Shown here: positions 56,611 to 64,000 of the stretch, piece after piece | How positions within the stretch are numbered: position 1 is the first letter of the stretch | How the letters are laid out: the number at the start of each line of letters is the position of its first letter | Assembly (NCBI GenBank): GCA_963665295.1 | Contig: OY762209.1 | Span: forward strand, 1,408,001-1,472,000 | DNA length: 64,000 nt | Source of the DNA: Syntrophorhabdaceae bacterium | GTDB lineage: Bacteria > Desulfobacterota > Syntrophorhabdia > Syntrophorhabdales > Syntrophorhabdaceae | Reading direction: 5' to 3' | The notes under the pieces: generated by a model | What the model was told of the DNA's origin: nothing | Seen by the model: only the letters and a program-made list of their open reading frames with translations | The model's database searches: none | Made by a program: the position numbers and the translations under genes

Positions 56611-58167
56611 ATGAGCGAGAGACTTGTCAATGTAGGTGACTGGATACGGCAGTGGAGCGCGATCAGGCCGAATGCCACGGCGATCATCGCGAATGACGTA
56701 CCGTGTTCCTACCGGGAACTGGACCGCCGAATCAACAAGCTGTGCCATGCCCTTATCGGGCTCGGGATTTCAAAGGGCGACCGGGTGGCGGTGTTGCTTC
56801 ACAACTGCCGGGAATACATCGAGATATTCTTCTCCCTTGCCAAACTGGGGGCAATCATGGTTCCCATGAACTGGCGACTCGCCGCGCCGGAGATACGCTT
56901 CATTCTCCGCGACAGCGGCACCAAAGTGGTGATCTTTGAGGGAGAATTCACGGAGGCCGTGAACTCGGTGCGGTCAGGGGAAGCCATCGAATGCTGCATT
57001 CACCTCTCTCCCCACGGTGGGGAAGACGCGGCGCCCTCGTGGGCCAACGGCTACGAGTCCCTCCTTGCGCCCATGAGCGACCATGAGCCGGAACCGGAAG
57101 AGCGGGCCGGGGACACCGACCCTCACATCATCATGTATACTTCCGGGACTACCGGGGTGCCCAAGGGCGCGGTCCTGTCCCACAGGAAGACCTTCTTCAA
57201 CGTGCTCAATTCCGACATGTTCTTCGACCTCACCACCAGGGACCGGATGATCGTGACGCGGCCCATGTTCCATTCGGGAGGACTGATCGTCGATTCCGCG
57301 CCTGTCCTCTACAAAGGAGGGACCATCATCGTGAAACGGCGGTTCCGGCCCATCGAGATCCTGGAGACGGCCCAAAGATACCAGGTCACGCTCATGGAAC
57401 TCCCCGCCACGGTCTATCAATTTATCCTCAACGAGTGCAATCTCGACGAATACGACCTGAGTTCGGTCCGCTGCTGCTTCACGGGCGGCGAACGGGTCCC
57501 GGTTCACCTGCTCCGGTCTCTCGCCGACAAGGGCCTCGTAGTCTCCCAGATTTACGGATTGACCGAGGCCTCCACGATCTTCTGGCTGCCGAGCGAAGAG
57601 GCCCGGGAGAAGATAGGCTCCGTGGGCCATCCTATCTTTCACGGCAGGGTGAAGATCGTGGACGAGGAAGGCGTGCCCGTGAAGCCGGGCGAGAGCGGCG
57701 AGGTGGTGGTCAAGGGCCCCATCGTCATGAGCGGTTACTGGCAGCGACAGGACCTGACGGACGAGGTCGTCAAAGACGGATGGCTCCATACAGGGGACAT
57801 TGCGCGCATGGACGAGGACGGGTTCGTCTACATCATGGACAGGAAGAAGGACATGTACATAAGCGGCGGGGAAAACGTCTATCCTGCGGAGATCGAAAAG
57901 CTTCTCCTCGCCCATCCGAAAGTGATGGACGCCGCGGTGGTGGGTGTGGCGGACGAGAAGTGGGGGGAAGTCGGAAAGGCCTTCGTCGTGTTGAGAGACA
58001 ATGAGGAGGCAAGGGCCGAGGAGATCCTCGCATTTCTCAAGGACAAACTTGCCAGGTATAAGATGCCCAAATATGTGGAATTCACCGACGCCCTCCCCAG
58101 GACCGCATCGGAGAAGATACGAAAGTACCTGTTGAAGAACGGGGCTGACGGCGTGGTTTCTACTTAG
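56611..58167 (+). CDS. Long-chain-fatty-acid--CoA ligase / AMP-dependent synthetase
   Basis: YTSGTTGVPKG, YGLTE, GWLHTGD, DRKKDMYISGGENVYPAEIE, LPRTASEKI. Confidence 0.93.
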   Translation: MSERLVNVGDWIRQWSAIRPNATAIIANDVPCSYRELDRRINKLCHALIGLGISKGDRVAVLLHNCREYIEIFFSLAKLGAIMVPMNWRLAAPEIRFILRDSGTKVVIFEGEFTEAVNSVRSGEAIECCIHLSPHGGEDAAPSWANGYESLLAPMSDHEPEPEERAGDTDPHIIMYTSGTTGVPKGAVLSHRKTFFNVLNSDMFFDLTTRDRMIVTRPMFHSGGLIVDSAPVLYKGGTIIVKRRFRPIEILETAQRYQVTLMELPATVYQFILNECNLDEYDLSSVRCCFTGGERVPVHLLRSLADKGLVVSQIYGLTEASTIFWLPSEEAREKIGSVGHPIFHGRVKIVDEEGVPVKPGESGEVVVKGPIVMSGYWQRQDLTDEVVKDGWLHTGDIARMDEDGFVYIMDRKKDMYISGGENVYPAEIEKLLLAHPKVMDAAVVGVADEKWGEVGKAFVVLRDNEEARAEEILAFLKDKLARYKMPKYVEFTDALPRTASEKIRKYLLKNGADGVVST

Positions 58168-59104
58168 AGAGCAGGCGATCGAGAAAAGCCGCGCCCTTCC
58201 GGTAGTCGTCGATATTGGCGACGCCCGCGAGATACCGGCCTGACTGGCGTATAACCAATCCTTTGTAAAGGGGGTCCCTGGCCGTCAGGGTGACCGTGCG
58301 CGCGGTCCTTGTTACCCCGGGCTCCACCTCTGACTTGGCGAGATACGCCGTATACTGCTCGAGGGTCCGGACTGCGGCGTTGGCGGACGGATCGAGGATG
58401 AGAAAGACCTTCACCTTCTTGCCGTCGATAGTCCCCTCCGCAGTCAGCCCCTTCTTGAAAAACTCATAACCCAGGACGCTCACGGCAACATACTTTTCCG
58501 TGCGGGGGGTGATTCCGGGGGCCCCGAGAACCTCCGTTTCCCGAGGACGGGTAGGCGGCCCCGGCAGCTTTGCGGCAATGGCCCTGGCGCAGGCAACGAG
58601 GGAGCGTGCTTCGGGCTCTCCTTCTCCCGACGAGGATACCTGTACGAAATAACGGTCCTGATAGAACATAAGCTGGGAACCGGTGGAGAAACCCTCCGCC
58701 CCTATGAGGACAGGTTCCGCATCGGGGTCCCTGTAATTCGAATATATGCCGAAGGCGTCGAGGAGAGAGCCCATCCGGTAGATATCGACGGCGATGGCGG
58801 TCTTCGGACTGCCTGCCCTCGCGTAGACTGCGGAGGCAAGGGCGGCGAAACCGTAAGGGAGGTAAAGCTCCGCTTCCCCGTTGATGTGCTGGTAGAGATT
58901 TTCCGGAGTAAAGGTCTCCGGTTTGCCTTGCATGACCCACGTGACACCGAATCCGGGCAACGGCAGAAGACGGGCTATGGACGCGTCGGGACTTGTCCCG
59001 GAGGGTCCGGCGGCCGACAGGGGGAGGGAAAAGGCGACAAGGGCAGCCGCGAGAAGGGCGCCCATAAGAAACATCTCCGTGAAAACAGCCGATTTCGGTC
59101 TCAT
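58160..59104 (-). CDS. Exported DUF6599-like protein
   Basis: Signal peptide. LYQHINGEAELYLPYGF and VDIYRMGSLLDAFGIYS. 11 bp downstream of the AKR gene. Confidence 0.7.
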   Translation of the reverse strand: MRPKSAVFTEMFLMGALLAAALVAFSLPLSAAGPSGTSPDASIARLLPLPGFGVTWVMQGKPETFTPENLYQHINGEAELYLPYGFAALASAVYARAGSPKTAIAVDIYRMGSLLDAFGIYSNYRDPDAEPVLIGAEGFSTGSQLMFYQDRYFVQVSSSGEGEPEARSLVACARAIAAKLPGPPTRPRETEVLGAPGITPRTEKYVAVSVLGYEFFKKGLTAEGTIDGKKVKVFLILDPSANAAVRTLEQYTAYLAKSEVEPGVTRTARTVTLTARDPLYKGLVIRQSGRYLAGVANIDDYRKGAAFLDRLLSK

Positions 59105-59115
59105 TCTCACCTCTT

Positions 59116-60252
59116 TCAGACGAATAAAGTCCTGGCCCGTTCCATCTTCGAGGGAATGTCGAGGCCGTTGACGCATTGGGCCACGCATTCGTCGCAGTTG
59201 AGACAGGCGGATGCCGACGCGGCGTTCCCGACCTCTTCGTAGGTTGCGCGGGCAAGCTCCATGCTCCCGTAGCTTTCGAGGTACATAAGGGAACGGTTGA
59301 CGGTGCTGATGGCCACCTTCCTGGGGCAGGTGGGTTCGCAGGTCGCGCAGAGGCGGCAGTAAACACCGCCTACGGCCCGGGCATAGCGTTCGAGAATCCG
59401 AGCGTCGGCGGCGGTGAACTTCATGCCCATGACGGACATGTCTTCCTGAAGCATGCGCATGTCTTTCATGCCGGGGATGGCGGCAGTCACGTTCGTGTCG
59501 AGGAGCGCCCACTTGAGGGCGGCCTGATGGGGGCTGAGAGGTCCCAGGGCCTCGGTCTTGTACCCGCCCGCCTGGGTCTTCATGGCGATTATCCCCATGC
59601 CCGTCTTTGCCGCCCGGGCGATGGCCTCCTTGACCGCAGGAGGGCTCGTGAAATTGTATCCCACCAGGGCCGTATCGAAAAACCTCTCGGGGTCCGCCAT
59701 GAGGGCGTTTAATACCTCGGCCTGGCCCGTGTGGCTGGTAACGCCGAAGAACCTCACCTTCCCCTGCTTTCTGAGTTCCGCGAGGGCCTCCCGGGTTTCC
59801 GGGTTGGAGATACGGTCCGTGTTCCCGTGGGTCAGGTTATGAAGCTGGATTACGTCGATGTGGTCCGTACGGAGCTTCGTCAGGCTTGTCTCTACATCGG
59901 CGAAGATATCCTTTTTCGAAACCGAGTCCGGCCTGGTCTTTGTGGCGACATACACTTTGTCCCTTCGTCCCTTGAGTGCCCTCCCCACGATCTCCTCGTT
60001 CCTGCCGTTCATATACCTGCGTGCAGTGTCAACATAGTTGACGCCCATATCGAAGGCGACCTCCATGACTTCGTGCTCAGGCGTAAGCATGGCGCCGAAA
60101 CCGACCATAGTAACCTTGAGGCCGGTTCTGCCCAGGACCCGGTAAACAGGACCCGGGGCCGCGCCTCTCGATGGGCCGGCGAGACCGGCGAGACCGGTTG
60201 CCGCAGACGCGGCCCCCACGATGCCAAGTTTCAGGAAATCTCTTCGTTTCAT
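59116..60252 (-). CDS. Aldo/keto reductase with Tat-like signal and C-terminal 4Fe-4S dicluster
   Basis: MKRRDFLK, YRVLGRTG, DTARRY, ATK, QLH, CRLCATCEPTCP and CLNCDECVAQC. Confidence 0.9.
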   Translation of the reverse strand: MKRRDFLKLGIVGAASAATGLAGLAGPSRGAAPGPVYRVLGRTGLKVTMVGFGAMLTPEHEVMEVAFDMGVNYVDTARRYMNGRNEEIVGRALKGRRDKVYVATKTRPDSVSKKDIFADVETSLTKLRTDHIDVIQLHNLTHGNTDRISNPETREALAELRKQGKVRFFGVTSHTGQAEVLNALMADPERFFDTALVGYNFTSPPAVKEAIARAAKTGMGIIAMKTQAGGYKTEALGPLSPHQAALKWALLDTNVTAAIPGMKDMRMLQEDMSVMGMKFTAADARILERYARAVGGVYCRLCATCEPTCPRKVAISTVNRSLMYLESYGSMELARATYEEVGNAASASACLNCDECVAQCVNGLDIPSKMERARTLFV

Positions 60253-60417
60253 GGGTTTGCAACCTCCCGAAGGACTATTTTGAACCTCTTAAAGGCAGGT
60301 CCAAGGACCTTTTCGTAGTATACTCCAAACAGTTTGCAATTAGTAGGGGCCTTCCGGCCGCGAGGGCCGGGCAAGGTCCCGAACGACAGAGGGGCATGAC
60401 ATCCCGCCCGTCCCGGT

Positions 60418-60813
60418 TCACGGACCCGGATCGCGGGCCGCGTCGGAGCCTTTTGCGTACTCCGCCATTCCCTGGAAATCCACGAGCACCACGGGTTCGT
60501 CGCCCACCACCCACGCGTCATGTCCCATGGGCAGCAGGGACACGTCGCCGGGCCTGCACTCCATTTCCGTCCCGTCGTCCATGAGGACCTTCAAAACGCC
60601 CGCCACGTGATACTGGAGATGAGGGGCTTCGCAGCTTTTCGTCCCGGCCGAGGGCTTGACGGATATGGACCATTGCCATCCCGGCTCCAGGGTGGCCCGC
60701 CCTACCACCACGCCGCCTATAATGATGATCTCGAGTTTCCCTTTCGGGAAGAACCTTATTTCATCCGACTCGCTGAAGCTCCTGAGTTCCGGTTTCCCGG
60801 GTGCCTTTTCCAT
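60418..60813 (-). CDS. Cupin-domain protein
   Basis: LEPGWQWS, SCEAPH, GHDAWVVGDEP. Confidence 0.85.
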   Translation of the reverse strand: MEKAPGKPELRSFSESDEIRFFPKGKLEIIIIGGVVVGRATLEPGWQWSISVKPSAGTKSCEAPHLQYHVAGVLKVLMDDGTEMECRPGDVSLLPMGHDAWVVGDEPVVLVDFQGMAEYAKGSDAARDPGP

Positions 60814-60964
60814 GAGGCGCCCTCCTTGTGACTGAGATGAACAGGCCTCCAAACCCCTTGTGCCGGAGGCCGGGCCGTTTTGAGGGAATATAAGGCCGGG
60901 ATGGGAAGCCGGGAAGTACTGTGACGCAATTTTTTTGGGAAAAGGAAAATGCGGGGCGGGACCG

Positions 60965-61768
60965 CTACCACAACCTGTCGCTCACGATCCTCAGGCCCAT
61001 GCCGAAGAAGGTGGGCATCTGTTCACTTCCGAAGAACCCCCCGCCTATGGTCATGTCTATCTGGAGGTTGTCGGTCACGATCTGACGGAAGCCCGCCTGG
61101 TACGCACCGCCGGTCTTGCCCGCATAGGGGTCGTTGTAAAACATTTCAAGCACCCCGTGGAGCCCGCCTATAAGGCGGATCTGCGTTCCCAGGCCCCAGG
61201 TCCCTACCGCGGCGGGGTTCGTGGTGGAGACGCCGATATTCGCGTGGACCAGGACCGCCTCCTTGTCGAAGAGGGATTCGGTGAAGGCGAGATAGACGAA
61301 CTCGCTCCACGTCTGCTGCTTGAAATCGCCCTTGCCCCATGGAGGCAAGGCCCCCACGGCAACCGCCATGCCGGGGTAGGCGTTCGGTTTGGCGTCCCAG
61401 AAGAGGTACTTGAACTGCATGAGGGGGCCGACTATGGAATAGCTCCTGTTCGACTCCATTTCGAGGGGGAAACCATGGGAAAAGCCGAGGGTGACCTCGG
61501 AATTCTCCGTGGGACCGAAGGCAACGAGGTTGAGGTTCGTAAACTCGTCCTTATCGTAGCGCACCGACGTTTCGAGTTGCATAAGATGGTATCCCACCAC
61601 GCGGGCGTCATCGGTGACAAAGGGACGGACCGCGAAGGCGGGACCGGAAAAAACCAGGCACGCCATGAGGCACGCCATTGCGGAGACTATGAAGCGGCTC
61701 ATGGCGTGCCCCCAGAGGGCGGCGGCGGTCACCCGCGGTCGTAATAGGACGGTAGATTTAGTCGGCAC
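60965..61768 (-). CDS. Putative outer-membrane beta-barrel (MetA-pathway 'transporter'-like)
   Basis: Signal peptide ending AFA, then RPFVTDDARVV; alternating beta pattern and terminal W. ATG at 61702 is an alternative start. Confidence 0.65.
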   Translation of the reverse strand: MPTKSTVLLRPRVTAAALWGHAMSRFIVSAMACLMACLVFSGPAFAVRPFVTDDARVVGYHLMQLETSVRYDKDEFTNLNLVAFGPTENSEVTLGFSHGFPLEMESNRSYSIVGPLMQFKYLFWDAKPNAYPGMAVAVGALPPWGKGDFKQQTWSEFVYLAFTESLFDKEAVLVHANIGVSTTNPAAVGTWGLGTQIRLIGGLHGVLEMFYNDPYAGKTGGAYQAGFRQIVTDNLQIDMTIGGGFFGSEQMPTFFGMGLRIVSDRLW

Positions 61769-61775
61769 CGGCGCG

Positions 61776-62906
61776 TCACCTTCCTTTGATCACCACGTGC
61801 CCGAAGCCTCCGGAGCCCTCGTTCCGGGCCCATGTGGCGGGGTCGGAATCGATCACCGTGTATCTCCCGGCAGGGAGCGTGAGGTTGCCCCGCACTTCCC
61901 AGTATACCCCGTTGTTTACCGCTACGGACCAGGGACCGTAAAGGACGCCGTTCTCGGAACGAATGGCGATGGTTCCTCCCGGTGCGCCCCTGCCGTGGTT
62001 CCAATGGTAGGTCATAATATAGGTGATAGTGGTTGGCTGATTAAGGGTGAAACCGGGTGAAACGCCGCCGTTGGAAACGCCGTTATCGTTTACGGTAGAG
62101 AATATGATCCGCTCGGGAGTTGTTGGGGCTGTGTTATACGGAGTCCCACCGGTTGCGACTCCCCCGGCCCCTCCGGCCGTGGCGCGAGGGGTCCCGGTAG
62201 CTGCGGCCCCTCCGGGCCCGCCGGTTGTGGTGTAAGGAGCCCCACCGGTTGGCGCTCCCCCGGTCGCACCGGTTGCGGCCCCGGTCCGGCCCGCCTGTTG
62301 AGGCGCGTTTCCCGGTACCCAAACATAAGGTATACTCACGGCAAAACCGCCGCTGTAGTTCGTGGGAAACCCGATGCGTAAAGTTGCGGCTCCCCCGCTG
62401 TTATCCGTTGCAGGGGCCTTCGCCCGGGACGAAGTGTTGGTCAATGTCCTCGATTCCCCTGCCCTTGTTGCCGTTATGTCTTCTCCTTTAATGACATACG
62501 CGGGCCCTCCGACACCATTCCACATGCACGTGGGGGTTTCGAACTTGCTGGGCCATTGCGTCCGTTCATAACCGACGTGGGTAACCGCGCTTTTCACGGT
62601 GAGGTTGATGATCTCGCCGGGAAGTACCTGTGCGGGAGGTCCCCAGTCGGAGCGGAAGGTCATGGTGTTAAATCCCCCGCCCACCATGCCGGACTTGGTT
62701 ATCACCACATGTCTGGAATCGTATTCGACGATCTCGATATTCGTGCCTTGAGCATTCCATGTTCGCGACCCGTCATTGTTGCCGAAAGTAACCGTGGGTT
62801 CCCCCTGTATCTTCCAGTATCCGGCCTGCGCCGGTGAGGCAACGAGCAATGCGGAAACCAAAAAGACAGTGAGGAACAGAACCGCTCCTGCGTAGCGTCT
62901 TGCCAT
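61776..62906 (-). CDS. Exported two-domain hypothetical protein with Gly/Ala/Thr/Pro linker
   Basis: GGAGG before ATG at 62906 and a signal peptide ending AQA. Low-complexity linker, then a C-terminal domain with TYHWNHGRG and YGPW. Confidence 0.75.
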   Translation of the reverse strand: MARRYAGAVLFLTVFLVSALLVASPAQAGYWKIQGEPTVTFGNNDGSRTWNAQGTNIEIVEYDSRHVVITKSGMVGGGFNTMTFRSDWGPPAQVLPGEIINLTVKSAVTHVGYERTQWPSKFETPTCMWNGVGGPAYVIKGEDITATRAGESRTLTNTSSRAKAPATDNSGGAATLRIGFPTNYSGGFAVSIPYVWVPGNAPQQAGRTGAATGATGGAPTGGAPYTTTGGPGGAAATGTPRATAGGAGGVATGGTPYNTAPTTPERIIFSTVNDNGVSNGGVSPGFTLNQPTTITYIMTYHWNHGRGAPGGTIAIRSENGVLYGPWSVAVNNGVYWEVRGNLTLPAGRYTVIDSDPATWARNEGSGGFGHVVIKGR

Positions 62907-63152
62907 CTTGCGCCCTCCGAACCTTTTCTTGATTGAAACATGCTTTCCGGAACAGGGACATATGACCCATATCCACCCGCGAGTATAGCACGCAAAATCG
63001 TTACCGGTCAATGAAAGGAACCTTCGAGGCGCATGGGGCGGGGTCCGGGGGATTGACCTTTCTCCATGGCGGGATTAGATTAGTGAAGGCCGGGTGCGGC
63101 TTTATAAGGGTAAGACTTTCACGGTCCCCGACAAACGAAAGGAGATGTGGGA

Positions 63153-63458
63153 ATGAAGGATGTTATAGGAATTGCCTGGTTCAAGGATGAGCTTACGTAT
63201 GGGAAAGCGCTTGCCATGTTTATGGATTCCAAGGATATGCCCGCCTCGTATGACGCATGGCGAGCCATTGTCGGAAGGCAATGTGCGGAGATCAAGGCCG
63301 CGGGCAATATCGCACTTCGCGTGGACATCGAGCCGGAAGCGTTTGCCGATTGGTGCAGGGTGCAGGGATTCAAACCCGATGCCGTGGCAAGGACGTCTTT
63401 CGTCAACCATGTCGAGATCGAGTACCAGAAGACCGGCAAAGGAACCATCATCGAATAG
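63153..63458 (+). CDS. Hypothetical protein
   Basis: AAGGAG upstream; compact ORF GIAWF...YDAW...FADWC. Confidence 0.65.
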   Translation: MKDVIGIAWFKDELTYGKALAMFMDSKDMPASYDAWRAIVGRQCAEIKAAGNIALRVDIEPEAFADWCRVQGFKPDAVARTSFVNHVEIEYQKTGKGTIIE

Positions 63459-63585
63459 GCCGGGACGGGACTCCCGCCAATGAAAGAGGGCCTGGAGCGT
63501 AAGTCTGCGGGATCAGGCCCGTGAACCCCGTGCTTTCAGGGCATAAGGTCTCCTTGCCGATGGCTGGGAGTCCTTCCGATCTTCC

Positions 63586-64000
63586 CTACTTCTTAAACTT
63601 CACCGTCACGTTCCGGGCCTTGTTCATGGTGACGCTGCAGGTGGTCCCGGTACAATCGGAGACGGACCAGCTCAAGACGGATGATCCACTGTCCGGTGTC
63701 GCGGTGAGAGTCACCTGGGTGCCGTAGGGTATGGAGGAGGCCTTGCAGTGCCCTTTGGAGCCGGGGGCGCAGTCTATGCCCCACGTGCTGTTCGTCACCG
63801 TGCCCGTGCCCTTGTTCACCGATGAGTTCGTCACCTTGAGGGTCTCGGGGCCTATGAACGTTGCTTTCACCGTCTGGTTCGCAGTTATGGCGACGGTGCA
63901 GGTAGTCCCGGCGCATGACGGTATGGACCAGCCGTTAAAATAGGAAAGAGCACCCGGATTCGCGGTGAGGGTCACGGATGAGCCCTTCGCATATGAGCGG
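63586..64000 (-). CDS. C-terminal part of an InlB-B-repeat-like surface protein; starts beyond the window
   Basis: SVNKGTGTV...CKAS...VTLTATPDSGSSV.SWSV..C.GTTC.VTM.KA..VTVKFKK*, closely paralogous to the end of 4865..8080. Confidence 0.85.
   Translation of the reverse strand, partial: RSYAKGSSVTLTANPGALSYFNGWSIPSCAGTTCTVAITANQTVKATFIGPETLKVTNSSVNKGTGTVTNSTWGIDCAPGSKGHCKASSIPYGTQVTLTATPDSGSSVLSWSVSDCTGTTCSVTMNKARNVTVKFKK

Noticed and set aside
1..64000. tRNA, rRNA, CRISPR-cas, prophage or selenocysteine readthrough
   Set aside because: No supporting sequence seen by eye; a tRNAscan/Rfam run would be needed to exclude small RNAs fully.

Overview
A GC-rich bacterial chromosomal window from an anaerobe. 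The gene content suggests a deltaproteobacterial or syntroph-type organism; that is inference only. The left third (1-22 kb) is an accessory block of exported modular proteins: a HAF-repeat protein, a BNR-like repeat protein and two papain-like C1A peptidases, all carrying Cys-containing InlB-B-repeat-like stalks. It also holds a Sec-signal SpvB/TcdB-like + FG-GAP + Rhs protein whose toxin tip is interrupted by an in-frame TAG, a candidate immunity gene, a higBA pair and IS elements. The middle carries PAS/GAF kinases, two diguanylate cyclases, an uncharacterised glycyl-radical-enzyme operon (GRE + SCP2 lipid-binding protein + activase + Zn-PLC-like protein), a FIST-kinase pair and an NrdR-regulated nrdD-thioredoxin-nrdG operon. 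The right part has an rpoD-like sigma factor, USP, Rrf2, an L,D-transpeptidase, two more IS elements, an acyl-CoA ligase and a Tat-signal aldo/keto reductase. The most notable unexplained signals are: (1) two divergently oriented, covarying ~185-nt hairpin elements at 53.4-55.2 kb, one split by an IS630; (2) the GRE-SCP2 operon; (3) the amber-interrupted Rhs tip; (4) a 138-bp displaced gene 3' end bracketing a surface-protein gene. All family calls come from motifs recognised by eye; no database searches were run.
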